A program made the position numbers and the translations under genes. From Patescibacteria group bacterium (GTDB taxonomy: Bacteria; Patescibacteriota; Patescibacteriia; JACQRZ01): DNA of 64,000 bases. How positions within the stretch are numbered: the stretch's first letter is position 1; every line of letters starts with the position of its first letter. The DNA lies in assembly GCA_038065255.1 (NCBI GenBank), contig JBBTRI010000010.1, positions 59,762-123,761 of the forward strand, given 5' to 3'. The notes under the pieces are model-generated. The model had not been told where the DNA came from. It did not search any database and was given only the letters and a program-made list of their open reading frames with translations. Of this stretch, positions 9,589 to 21,451 are shown piece after piece.

Positions 9589-9617
9589 TTGACTTTTTTA
9601 CCCTTTTTGCTTATACT
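9589..9617 (+). promoter_or_regulatory. sigma70-type promoter
   Basis: TTGACT-17 nt-TATACT. A divergent TGnTATACT sits on the minus strand at 9575-9583. Confidence 0.65.
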
Positions 9618-9628
9618 ATAAGCGCACT

Positions 9629-11689
9629 ATGAAGCATTTTCTTTCACCAATTACGCTTATATTTATCGGCTTTTTTGGATTATACCTGCCTCATGCGTCG
9701 GCGCTTGCACCCGATACTCATTATGTACGCACAGCCAACTATTTTCTCAAAGCTGGCAGAGATATTTATCCTGAAATATACAATGCACTTAGCTCCTATG
9801 ACGTTCTCATTTTGCCCATGGAAGCAGCAGTATATAATAAGGACTTTTTTAACTACGCCCGCTCAAAAAATCCAACCATCACAATCCTTGCTTACGTCCC
9901 TTCTCGCAGTATCAATATCAAAGATATTGACGATGGAGCAGGTATACGAAAAAAGCTCAAGAGTGGCATTCAGAATGAATGGTATCTCAAAGACTCAGCG
10001 GGCTCAATTGTTCGCGCATGGGAATCAACACTGCCGTTAAATGTTACGACGGAATGGAATGTGTATTTGCCGCGATTCGTACATGATACTGTCATGAGCA
10101 CAGGCATGTGGGATGGAATATTGTATGATGAAGTTGATGTAAGTATTTCTTTTTTAAATAATGGCCAGATCGATGCAGATAGCGATGGACATACCGACCA
10201 ATCCGTTTTATTGGATGCTTCTTGGAAGACTGGCATGTCCCAGCTCCTTGTAAATACGCGTGAGCTTTTGGGTAATAACGCACTTATTGTTATCAATGGC
10301 AGCTCGCATCCTGCCTATCAGCAGTATATCAACGGCAGAATGTTTGAAAGCTTCCCTACTCCATGGGAGGGCAACGGTGAATGGCAGGATAGCATGCGCA
10401 GTTATCTTGCACTTTCATCAGCTGCTTTAAGGCCCCCGCTTTTTATTATCAATAGTAATACCGGAAATTCCGGGGAACATACAATATATCAAAAAATCCG
10501 CTTTGGTCTCACCTCGGCACTTATGGGCAATGCATATTTTGGATTTGATTATGGCACGCAAAACCACGGACAGCTCTGGCGATATGATGAATATGACGTC
10601 AACCTCGGAAAACCGTCTACGACTCCCTATGCCATCACTCATTCGATGTCCTCTGAAATGAAGCCTGGGGTATGGCGGAGGGATTTTCAGCAAGGGACAG
10701 TACTTACAAATTCATCATCTCAGCTTGCAAACGTAGATCTTGATGGAGATTTCGAAAAAATTCGTGGACCTCAGGACCCCGAAGTAAATAACGGATCAAT
10801 TGTTTCCAGTATTTCTCTCAGTCCTTCTGACGGTGTTATTCTCTTGCGTCCTCTATCAACAATCAACAATGCACCTTATTACAATGGCTCATTTGCGCGT
10901 GTATTTGATCAGCGCGGAAACGTACGCCGTAATGGTTTTTTTGCGTATGACTCATCCATCCGCGGATCTGTTGTTGTTTACCAGTCTACACTTCAGACGA
11001 GTATTGCGAGTATTCATGCCGAGAAAGGAACATTGCGAATAACTAAATCAGATGGAACAAGTAGTCAGTTCAAACCATTCGGACAAAATTGGAATGGTGA
11101 TCTAAATATTGCTATTGACTCAGCAAACCCCGAAAAACCAATAATCTATGCGAGTAGGGAATATCCGGAAAACGGCACTGTCAAGAAAAAAACAGTGAAA
11201 GGCGAGCCAAGCGGAATTGGAGTATTTGAAACCGACGGTACGCGACGCGCCGTATTATACCCACTTGGTAAAAAGTTTTTTGGATCGTTACGACTAGCGA
11301 TTGGCGATTTGAATAATGACAGCTCAAAGGAATTGGTTGTTTCAACGGGTGCGGGAACAAGCCCCGTTGTGCGTATATTTGACGCTCATGGTAGACTACT
11401 AAGCGGAGGATTTTACGCGTATCAGCCTACCTTTACGGGTGGCGTTTCGGTGGCAGTGGCCCATTTCGACTCAAGTGGCTATGGCACAATAGTTACATCG
11501 CCCGGAAAGGGTGGATCTCCCTTGGTTCGCGTATTCGACGGTAAGGCCCATCCCCTAAATCCGGGGTTTATGGCGTTTTCACCCGCAAACAAAGGAGGTA
11601 TCAGAGTGCTTGCTACAGATGTTAACGGCGATAATAGGGATGAGATCATTGCTACAACAGCAAAGGTTTTTACCTATGCACTGAAATAA
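9629..11689 (+). CDS. Secreted putative glycoside hydrolase (GHL15-like TIM barrel) with C-terminal FG-GAP repeats
   Basis: Signal peptide, WDGILYD, NGRMFESF, GVWRRDFQQG, and three GDLNND/TDVNGD-type repeats. Confidence 0.75.
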   Translation: MKHFLSPITLIFIGFFGLYLPHASALAPDTHYVRTANYFLKAGRDIYPEIYNALSSYDVLILPMEAAVYNKDFFNYARSKNPTITILAYVPSRSINIKDIDDGAGIRKKLKSGIQNEWYLKDSAGSIVRAWESTLPLNVTTEWNVYLPRFVHDTVMSTGMWDGILYDEVDVSISFLNNGQIDADSDGHTDQSVLLDASWKTGMSQLLVNTRELLGNNALIVINGSSHPAYQQYINGRMFESFPTPWEGNGEWQDSMRSYLALSSAALRPPLFIINSNTGNSGEHTIYQKIRFGLTSALMGNAYFGFDYGTQNHGQLWRYDEYDVNLGKPSTTPYAITHSMSSEMKPGVWRRDFQQGTVLTNSSSQLANVDLDGDFEKIRGPQDPEVNNGSIVSSISLSPSDGVILLRPLSTINNAPYYNGSFARVFDQRGNVRRNGFFAYDSSIRGSVVVYQSTLQTSIASIHAEKGTLRITKSDGTSSQFKPFGQNWNGDLNIAIDSANPEKPIIYASREYPENGTVKKKTVKGEPSGIGVFETDGTRRAVLYPLGKKFFGSLRLAIGDLNNDSSKELVVSTGAGTSPVVRIFDAHGRLLSGGFYAYQPTFTGGVSVAVAHFDSSGYGTIVTSPGKGGSPLVRVFDGKAHPLNPGFMAFSPANKGGIRVLATDVNGDNRDEIIATTAKVFTYALK

Positions 11690-11697
11690 TATCACCT

Positions 11698-13617
11698 ATG
11701 TCTAATACCAACGTTGAATTTGACTGCTCCCATGACCCTAGCAATCCGGATCACCTCCTCTGCATTCAAAATAACAAAGCAAATAACCTGAAGCTTCCCG
11801 AAGAGAGCAGGAATGGATCAAGCATACCGGCAATAGAAATTAAAGATGTTTCGATTGATCAAGAAGCAGCTCGAACATTCATTGATATTCTCAAAGATCG
11901 CTACAATACCTATTATCATCCAAATAGAAAGCAATTCCTGATCCATTGGATAGTTGATATTTCACTGGCAGTTCTCACACTGGTATTGATTGCTTTCATT
12001 GCTTATATCCAACTTATCGGACCACTTTTTTCTTCACAGTTAGTACTCAAGTTTACCCAAGATACTCCGACAATCATAAGTGGAGCTGTTGCTAGTTTTA
12101 CATTAACAATAAAAAATACTAACGGCACTTCAATCAGTAATCCGGTGCTTTCAATTAATGTACCGCGCTATTTTACCATTCTTGAACCAGTATCAGATTC
12201 ACCTGCGCAAACTGTTACACTCCCCCTTCCAAACATCATTCGAAAAAATGAAACACTCACCATTCATATCAAAGGCACTATTGCAGGTGAAATCCATGAG
12301 CGGCAAAGCATTACGGCATCAGCAAAAGGAGAGCTTCCTGATGGGTCAGTTAGTGATTCTGTTGCAGAAATTCTTACCTATGAAATTTCTGATAGCGCAC
12401 TCGAAATAGGCACCGATTTCCCTGATCGCATTATCCTTCTCAATACTTTTGAAGGAGGGGTTATCATTACGAATAGGTCTTCTGTTGAAATTCAAGACAT
12501 TGTAGCTTTTATAGATATGCCATCAAGTTTTGTTGGAAAGCCCAATAATGACGCTCAAAAAGAAATACGAATACCTTTAATAGAGCCCCACGAAAGCTAT
12601 CAATTGCCAATCAAGGGTTCAATCAATCGCAGTTCCCAAGACCGCAGTGTCGATATATCGCTTTCTCTTAAGAGAAATGGACAAGCAATTATACAGCGTA
12701 GGTCGGAGTTATTACTCCCCATAGAAAAAAATGACCTTGCTATCGAGCTAGGCTTTCAGAACAAACCGACATCACTTGCTCCAGGCACGCCCTACAATGT
12801 GAATCTCACATGGAAAAACACTTCAAACACAGAACTTTCCAACATACAACTTGGTATTGACCTTGAGGGGTATGGCATAACATCCGACTCACTCATAAGC
12901 GCTACAGCACTACAGCCAACGCCATTTCGCAGGTTGTGGACACGGAATCAAGTATCAAAACTCGACATTCTAAAGCCTGGTGAAGAACATGCGCTTCAAT
13001 TTAATCTCAAACCATCAGATGTTCATAGCATTCGCGATCTTGCCGGTGATTCAAAGCTTGAAATTACTATGAAGCCCTTTGCATCATATTTCAGTAAAAA
13101 TGTTAAGTACACTGTTACGGATACTCCTATCCATATGCCGATTGATACTCAAGCTTCAATAAAGGGATCCATACGCTACTATTCTCCGGAGGGCGATCAG
13201 ATTGGCCGAGGCTCCCTACCGCCACGCAGCGGAAAAACAACGCGGTATGTTTTCTTTATTTCTGCCTCATCGTCTATTCATCCGTTAGAGAACGCCGTAC
13301 TAAAGGCTGTTGTATCCCAGAATACTACCATTGCCACAATACTTCCCACCCTGCATGGAGAAAGTTCTTATGATAAGAAATCTAACACTATTACATGGCA
13401 TATTGGAACGCTCAGTGCAACCCTTGCTCAACCGGAGCGCCAAGTAGGTCTTGCTGTGCAAATTGATTATACGCCTCTCACTGATGCAAGCACGGGGCCA
13501 TCCGGTATCATCAAAGAAATTATTCTTACTGGCACAGATGCGATCACGCATGCACCCATTAGTGTTTCTGCTGATATCAATTCGCTCCCGGTTGATGTAA
13601 AGCGATTGTCAAATTAA
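11698..13617 (+). CDS. Membrane-anchored multi-Ig-domain protein (DUF11-like)
   Basis: One transmembrane helix, repeated beta-sandwich segments, RYYSPEGDQIGRGSLPP. Confidence 0.7.
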   Translation: MSNTNVEFDCSHDPSNPDHLLCIQNNKANNLKLPEESRNGSSIPAIEIKDVSIDQEAARTFIDILKDRYNTYYHPNRKQFLIHWIVDISLAVLTLVLIAFIAYIQLIGPLFSSQLVLKFTQDTPTIISGAVASFTLTIKNTNGTSISNPVLSINVPRYFTILEPVSDSPAQTVTLPLPNIIRKNETLTIHIKGTIAGEIHERQSITASAKGELPDGSVSDSVAEILTYEISDSALEIGTDFPDRIILLNTFEGGVIITNRSSVEIQDIVAFIDMPSSFVGKPNNDAQKEIRIPLIEPHESYQLPIKGSINRSSQDRSVDISLSLKRNGQAIIQRRSELLLPIEKNDLAIELGFQNKPTSLAPGTPYNVNLTWKNTSNTELSNIQLGIDLEGYGITSDSLISATALQPTPFRRLWTRNQVSKLDILKPGEEHALQFNLKPSDVHSIRDLAGDSKLEITMKPFASYFSKNVKYTVTDTPIHMPIDTQASIKGSIRYYSPEGDQIGRGSLPPRSGKTTRYVFFISASSSIHPLENAVLKAVVSQNTTIATILPTLHGESSYDKKSNTITWHIGTLSATLAQPERQVGLAVQIDYTPLTDASTGPSGIIKEIILTGTDAITHAPISVSADINSLPVDVKRLSN

Positions 13618-13634
13618 GATATATGGGGTATAAT
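13606..13634 (+). promoter_or_regulatory. sigma70-type promoter for gyrB
   Basis: TTGTCA-17 nt-TATAAT. Confidence 0.65.
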
Positions 13635-13666
13635 TACACCAGCGTTTGATTAACGTTGTATTTTAG

Positions 13667-15697
<2,031 letters not shown>

Positions 15698-15764
15698 TGT
15701 TCTGCTTCATTATTTTCATGAGACTGTGTATACTTTATACTATAACTGTATAATAATTTAGTAT

Positions 15765-16913
15765 ATGGTAAAACACACACTTGCATGGGCACTTCTTGTA
15801 ATGACATCGCTTGGAGCAGTGTATAGCATGTCACATGCAGCTACCCAGGCAGACTCTACATTTGAATCTACGATACAAACACCAATTATTACTCCTCCAC
15901 CGCAAAAGCCTGTTCGAGAAGAAAGCGGTCTTGAGTATTTTAGATTTCGTAATGGCTACCTTGAGTGGAAAATACAGCATATCTATTCGAAATATGATCT
16001 AACGAAAGAAAAATTTGCTATCCGTTGTTATGGAAGAACAAAATATTTAGACTTGAAAAGAAAGGACTTCATAGAAGAAATTAATAATGAGTTTAGCGGA
16101 CTTCTTACTATGACTCCTGAAGATGAAGAAGGATATGCCGAAGGAAGAGCTTCAATAACTCTGCGCCCTACTGAAATGCGGTATAATCTTATCTGCGGAT
16201 GGTTTTCCAAAGAAATTACAGTTACCCCTCGAGATTGGCCAAGTAATATTTATGCTAAGGAATTTAAGACACTTAACGAAATAACAGCTAGCAGCAAAGC
16301 TGCCGGACTGACAGCTAGTTCAGCCAAGGAAAAATCAGCTACAAAAAAATATATTTCTTCGTCGAAAGGAATAGCTGACAAAAATACTGCACGGCTCTCA
16401 GAAAGTATTCAGAAACCAAAGCCTATTCCAGATGAATATGTTGCCATTGCTTCGGCTGGTGGTCGGTTAACAACAAAATTAATCCCTGGCTCAAAAGATG
16501 CCATCATTGCAGCATTCACCCTGACTGCAAAGAAAAAAATGCGCATCAAAGCAATTACATTTAATTATACTCCCTCACTGCCACCATGGAAAAAGGCTCG
16601 GATTACAATTGATGGCAAAGATCCGGACTCTATGGATGCTTCAGGTGGCAAAAATCAGCTTCACTGGTCTGGCTTGGGAGACTATGGTCTTTTTGATACA
16701 GTAATGCCGGGAAAACACCTCATAGAGATAAAAGCTTGCATTAAAAACCCGAAGGGAAAATCTACACCAATTGCATTTAAAGTGACGGGTATTGTTGGAG
16801 TAACGGGTTTGGGAAGTAAAATTAAATTAAAATCTCCTGTACAGCTTCAAACGCATACCGTTCCATACAACAAAGACCGCACAAAAAAGGAAGACGAATA
16901 CCTCTGTCCTTAG
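15765..16913 (+). CDS. Secreted hypothetical protein
   Basis: Signal peptide, S/A/K-rich linker and a C-terminal beta domain. Confidence 0.7.
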   Translation: MVKHTLAWALLVMTSLGAVYSMSHAATQADSTFESTIQTPIITPPPQKPVREESGLEYFRFRNGYLEWKIQHIYSKYDLTKEKFAIRCYGRTKYLDLKRKDFIEEINNEFSGLLTMTPEDEEGYAEGRASITLRPTEMRYNLICGWFSKEITVTPRDWPSNIYAKEFKTLNEITASSKAAGLTASSAKEKSATKKYISSSKGIADKNTARLSESIQKPKPIPDEYVAIASAGGRLTTKLIPGSKDAIIAAFTLTAKKKMRIKAITFNYTPSLPPWKKARITIDGKDPDSMDASGGKNQLHWSGLGDYGLFDTVMPGKHLIEIKACIKNPKGKSTPIAFKVTGIVGVTGLGSKIKLKSPVQLQTHTVPYNKDRTKKEDEYLCP

Positions 16914-16939
16914 ACACATAGCTCTCTTGACTCCTGCCC

Positions 16940-16967
16940 TTGACAGTATTGAATCCTATGATATGAT
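16940..16967 (+). promoter_or_regulatory. sigma70-type promoter for secE-nusG-rplK-rplA
   Basis: TTGACA-16 nt-TATGAT with extended TG. Confidence 0.6.
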
Positions 16968-17025
16968 GGCTAGTGAAGGCCAGTGGCCTTTTTAAATTAC
17001 GCAAAATCTTATTGCAACCATACGT

Positions 17026-17223
17026 ATGAATGCAGCATTTCAAAAAACAAAACAGTATTTTATAGAATCATACCAGGAGCTCAAGCGCGTTGTCTGGCCT
17101 ACCCGGTCTCAAACAATCAATCACTCGCTAATTGTCATTTTTTTCAGTATCGGTGTCGCAATATTTTTGGGTGCTCTGGATATTGTCTTTAATTTTGGGA
17201 TTCAAAAACTGCTTCTTAAATAA
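17026..17223 (+). CDS. secE: Preprotein translocase subunit SecE
   Basis: ELKRVVWPT motif plus one transmembrane helix; directly upstream of nusG. Confidence 0.95.
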   Translation: MNAAFQKTKQYFIESYQELKRVVWPTRSQTINHSLIVIFFSIGVAIFLGALDIVFNFGIQKLLLK

Positions 17224-17247
17224 CCATATTTCACCAATTATTTCTGT

Positions 17248-17793
17248 ATGCCAAAACAAGTTTCAGATCAATTGCCGCGATGGTATGCAATTCATACCTA
17301 CTCGGGTTACGAAGAAAACGTCGTACGCAACCTCAAACAGCGTATTGAGTCTATGGATATGGAAGAACTCATATTTGACGTTCTTATCCCGACTGAAAAA
17401 AGAATTAAGATTAAGAATGGCAAGCGAAAAGTTATTACAGAAAAAATCTTTCCCGGGTATGTACTCGTTCGCATGATTGTAACAGATGAATCATGGTATG
17501 TTGTACGTAATACGCCAAATGTTACCGGTTTTATTGGAAGTGGCACTACACCAAACCCGATCTCTGACCAGGAAATGGAATATTTGCAAAAACGCATGGG
17601 CCTTGAAGAACCGAAGTACAAAATTGACCTGACTGTATCTACGCCAGTCCGTATCGTTGACGGACCTTTCAAGAATTTTGAGGGTAAAATTACTGAAGTT
17701 GATGAAGAACGAGGCAAAATTAAAGTACTCGTTACTATTTTCGGTCGCGAAACACCAGTTGAGCTTGATTTCTTACAAATAAAGAAGATATAG
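17248..17793 (+). CDS. nusG: Transcription termination/antitermination factor NusG
   Basis: WYAIHTYSGYE, FPGYVLV, KOW motif DGPF, FGRETPVEL. Confidence 0.98.
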   Translation: MPKQVSDQLPRWYAIHTYSGYEENVVRNLKQRIESMDMEELIFDVLIPTEKRIKIKNGKRKVITEKIFPGYVLVRMIVTDESWYVVRNTPNVTGFIGSGTTPNPISDQEMEYLQKRMGLEEPKYKIDLTVSTPVRIVDGPFKNFEGKITEVDEERGKIKVLVTIFGRETPVELDFLQIKKI

Positions 17794-17867
17794 ACTAACT
17801 AACTCAGGCGATTAGTGATCGATGCCTCTCGCTCTCATATCGTCATCAAATCATCATACATCTCTCT

Positions 17868-18299
17868 ATGGCTCCTCCAAAAAAAATAAAAGCTCTTATC
17901 AAATTGCAAATTCCGGCAGGCAAAGCAAATCCAGCACCACCAATCGGTCCTGCATTGGGTCAGCATGGCTTGAATATTGCAGAATTTTGCCAAAAATTTA
18001 ATGCAGCAACTCAGAAACTTGGTGATGATATTACCCCCGTTGTTATCACTGTCTATGAAGACCGTACCTATACCTTTATCCTCAAAACGTCCCCTACGGC
18101 AGAGTTGATTAAAAAAGCAGCAGGCATTCCAAAGGGTTCAGGTAAACCGCTTACCGAAAAAGTTGGGTCCATAACAAAAGCGCAAGTAAGGGATATTGCG
18201 GAAAAGAAAATGTGCGATCTCACTGCGAGGACTATTGAAGCTGCAATGAGTATGGTAGAAGGAACAGCTCGCCAAATGGGCGTTGAGATTAAAGTATAA
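17868..18299 (+). CDS. rplK: 50S ribosomal protein L11
   Basis: [18 protein letters not shown]. Confidence 0.98.
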   Translation: MAPPKKIKALIKLQIPAGKANPAPPIGPALGQHGLNIAEFCQKFNAATQKLGDDITPVVITVYEDRTYTFILKTSPTAELIKKAAGIPKGSGKPLTEKVGSITKAQVRDIAEKKMCDLTARTIEAAMSMVEGTARQMGVEIKV

Positions 18300-18314
18300 T
18301 GTTTATTCATATCT

Positions 18315-18344
18315 GTGGGAGGTTAACCAAACCGCTCGTACCAC
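18315..18344 (+). promoter_or_regulatory. L1-binding mRNA leader (23S rRNA mimic)
   Basis: GTGGGAGG-TTAACCAAA-CCGCTCGTACCAC between rplK and rplA matches the GUGGGAGG...CCGCU...ACCAC pattern of known rplA operators. Confidence 0.75.
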
Positions 18345-18353
18345 CAAAAATCT

Positions 18354-19043
18354 ATGCGAAAGCAATCAAAAAAGTTTAAATCATGCATCTCTGATATCGA
18401 TCTAGATAAATCATATTCACCCCAAGAGGCTTTTGAGCTTGTTAAGAAATGCTCCTATGAGGAATTTGACGCGAGTGTAGAGGTTCATGTACGCACGGGT
18501 ATTGATCCCCGAAAAAGCGATCAGACAATCCGAGGATCCATCATGCTGCCGAACGGTATTGGCAAAACAAAGCGTGTTGTTGTTTTTGCGGAAGGAGAGA
18601 AAGCTGCAGAAGCTCTAAAAAATGGTGCCGCTCGAGTGGGTGGTGTTGAACTTATCCAGGAAATCAAACAGTCGCAAAAAATCGATTTCGATGTTGCCGT
18701 TGCAACTCCAGACATGATGAAACATTTAGCTCAAGTTGCAAAAATCCTTGGTCCAAAAGGACTAATGCCTTCGCCAAAGAACGAAACAGTCACAACAAAT
18801 ATCACCAAAACACTGGAGGAAATTACAAGAGGTAAAATTAACTTTAAAAATGATGATACGGGCAATGTACACCAAGTCATAGGCAGACGATCATTTGATG
18901 CTGATAAGCTTGCAGAAAATTACCAAGCCTTTATTGACAGTCTTCGTAAGGCAAAACCATCAACGGCAAAAGGAACGTTTATCGTGGCAGTCAGCGTATC
19001 GTCAACCATGGGACCGGGTATCCATATCAATCCCGCTGCTTAA
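18354..19043 (+). CDS. rplA: 50S ribosomal protein L1
   Basis: FDASVE, ATPDMM, LGPKGLMP, SSTMGPG. Confidence 0.98.
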   Translation: MRKQSKKFKSCISDIDLDKSYSPQEAFELVKKCSYEEFDASVEVHVRTGIDPRKSDQTIRGSIMLPNGIGKTKRVVVFAEGEKAAEALKNGAARVGGVELIQEIKQSQKIDFDVAVATPDMMKHLAQVAKILGPKGLMPSPKNETVTTNITKTLEEITRGKINFKNDDTGNVHQVIGRRSFDADKLAENYQAFIDSLRKAKPSTAKGTFIVAVSVSSTMGPGIHINPAA

Positions 19044-19059
19044 CTCTTGAAGGATACAT

Positions 19060-20556
19060 ATGTATCGCACGACGATTGGACTGGAAATACATATTCAGCT
19101 CAACACAAAGTCGAAGATGTTTTGTCGTTGCTCAAATGATGGAGAAAACCAGCCACCGAATACGACTATTTGTTCAGTGTGTCTTGGACATCCGGGTACT
19201 CAGCCTGTCATAAACAGACAGGCCGTTCTCTCATCTGCACGCATGGCTCTTGCCTTGAAGTGCACTATTAATGATGTCAGTAAATTTGATAGAAAGAATT
19301 ATTATTATCCCGATTTGCCAAAAGGATACCAGATTTCCCAATACGATCAACCCATCGGAGTTGCCGGGCATATTACTATTCTCCTACCGGACGAAAACGG
19401 ACGAACAGACATGAGAGTCCGTATCAACAGGCTTCATCTTGAAGAAGATGCGGCAAAACTTCTCCACGCCGCAGAACTTGGCGCAAGTCTTGTTGATTTT
19501 AATCGTTGCTCAACACCTCTCATGGAAGTTGTCACAGAGCCAGACATACGAACACCGCTAGAAGCCAAACTATTTTTACAGGAATTAAGACTTCTTGCCC
19601 GGTATTTGGGCGTTTCCCAAGCAGATATGGAGAAAGGGCATTTGCGCTGCGATGCCAATGTTTCTGTTCAACTTGACGTTGATGGCGTTGAGGTGACTAC
19701 TCCTATTTCAGAAATTAAAAATCTCAACTCATTCAAAGCGGTAGAACATGCGCTTCACTATGAATCTCAACGCCTGTATAATGATTGGATGGATGGCGGA
19801 GAAACTCGTAACCGAACAAATAAGATCACTGTTGGTTGGAATGACGATACGTCAACAACAACCCTTCAACGCGGCAAAGAAGAGGCTCACGATTACCGAT
19901 ATTTTCCAGAACCGGATCTACCTCCTTTGAGATTTACCGACAAACTTAGAGCGGAACTTCTAGCAACCATCCCCGAACTTCCCGCACAACGCCGCATGCG
20001 TTTTTGTGAGGAATACGGCCTTTGTGAGCCCGAATGCAAGATCCTTGTTGAAGATAAGTTCCTTGGAGATTTCTATGAAAAAAGTGCATCAGAGCTTTCT
20101 GAATGGCTTTCAACCAGGCAAAAAAATTCTATAGATGCATACAAACTCCTTGCTGCATGGCTTATCAACAAGCTCTCGGCACGATTATACGACAAAACAC
20201 TATCAATTCAATCTCTCACGCTAACACCTGAGAATTTTGCTGAACTTGTATCACTGATTGCAGAAGGTGCAATCAATAGCTCTGTCGCTCAAATGCTTCT
20301 TGATCGTATTTTAGATTCCAATGAAAGCCCTCGGGTTATCGTACGAGATGAACACCTTGAGCAAGTTACTGACACTGGCCTTATTGAGCAGACAGCACAG
20401 AAAATCATTGAGCAAAACCCGGATGCAGTTGCAAATTATCGCAGCGGAAAAATAACGGTCATTATGTATCTTGTTGGACAGGTCATGCTCGAAATGAAAG
20501 GCAAAGCACAACCTGACCTTATCAAATCAACGCTCGAAAAGCTCCTGATTCGTTAA
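19060..20556 (+). CDS. gatB: Asp/Glu-tRNA amidotransferase subunit B
   Basis: IGLEIHIQL, FDRKNYYYPDLPKGYQISQ, DYRYFPEPDL. Confidence 0.97.
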   Translation: MYRTTIGLEIHIQLNTKSKMFCRCSNDGENQPPNTTICSVCLGHPGTQPVINRQAVLSSARMALALKCTINDVSKFDRKNYYYPDLPKGYQISQYDQPIGVAGHITILLPDENGRTDMRVRINRLHLEEDAAKLLHAAELGASLVDFNRCSTPLMEVVTEPDIRTPLEAKLFLQELRLLARYLGVSQADMEKGHLRCDANVSVQLDVDGVEVTTPISEIKNLNSFKAVEHALHYESQRLYNDWMDGGETRNRTNKITVGWNDDTSTTTLQRGKEEAHDYRYFPEPDLPPLRFTDKLRAELLATIPELPAQRRMRFCEEYGLCEPECKILVEDKFLGDFYEKSASELSEWLSTRQKNSIDAYKLLAAWLINKLSARLYDKTLSIQSLTLTPENFAELVSLIAEGAINSSVAQMLLDRILDSNESPRVIVRDEHLEQVTDTGLIEQTAQKIIEQNPDAVANYRSGKITVIMYLVGQVMLEMKGKAQPDLIKSTLEKLLIR

Positions 20557-21451
20557 TGTGTTCGCGAATTTCATCTATCGAAGAGCACCAGTGGATATTT
20601 TCCTTACTACGGAACCATATGAGCTGTCTTCGTGCGAAATCATGAATGGCAAATTTAAGTTTTTGAACCATCTCATTTTTTTCTGAAATGCTTCCATTGC
20701 AATTGCAGAGATATCGAGAAATATAGCGATACTCCAAGCCAAGTTGTTCCAGCCACTCATGAGAAATACCTAACGACAACAGCCTCTCAACCTCTTCAAT
20801 CATCCCCTGTTCAAGGCGGCTGTCAACACGTGCATCGATTCTTGCATAGAGTACGTCACGAGGCATCTCAATACCAACTATCATTGACCTATACATATCT
20901 TCTCCCTTGTGTTGGAATTCAGAAAATGGTTTTCCTGTTAAATGAAATACTTCAAGGGCTCTAATAAGCCGGCGTTTGTTATTTTTATCAACTACCTCGA
21001 AGTGTCTTGGATCAACACGTTCAAGCTCTCGACAGAGATCATCAGTACTTCTTCGCTCAAGCATCGCTCGATAATTGATATCCTGATCAACGTTTGGCAG
21101 TTGGTAGTTTTCAATAACCGCATCAAGATAGAGAGCAGATCCTCCAACTAATAGGGGGGTCTTTCTCTTAGTATATATGGCCTCAATTGCAGTGTCAGCA
21201 AGCTCCTTATAATCCGCAACAGTAAAGCGGCTACCAGCTTTGATGACATTCAAAAGATAATGAGGCACTCCACCCATTTCATTTTCAGTAACTTTACCAC
21301 TGCCAATGTCAAGACCTTCGTACACTTGCCGTGAATCAGCAGATACTATTTCACCGTTGTACTCATGTGCAATCTCAACACCCCATGATGATTTTCCGCT
21401 TGCAGTAGGGCCAAGAATAACAATAAGGTGGATATCAGACTTTCGTACCAT
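20522..21451 (-). CDS. miaA: tRNA dimethylallyltransferase
   Basis: GPTASGKS, SADSRQVY, VGGSALY, ARRQLIWF. Confidence 0.96.
   Translation of the reverse strand: MVRKSDIHLIVILGPTASGKSSWGVEIAHEYNGEIVSADSRQVYEGLDIGSGKVTENEMGGVPHYLLNVIKAGSRFTVADYKELADTAIEAIYTKRKTPLLVGGSALYLDAVIENYQLPNVDQDINYRAMLERRSTDDLCRELERVDPRHFEVVDKNNKRRLIRALEVFHLTGKPFSEFQHKGEDMYRSMIVGIEMPRDVLYARIDARVDSRLEQGMIEEVERLLSLGISHEWLEQLGLEYRYISRYLCNCNGSISEKNEMVQKLKFAIHDFARRQLIWFRSKENIHWCSSIDEIREHINESGAFRALI

Noticed and set aside
20522-20556. 35-nt convergent overlap of gatB and miaA
   Set aside because: Such overlaps are ordinary in compact genomes, and there is no further regulatory signal.
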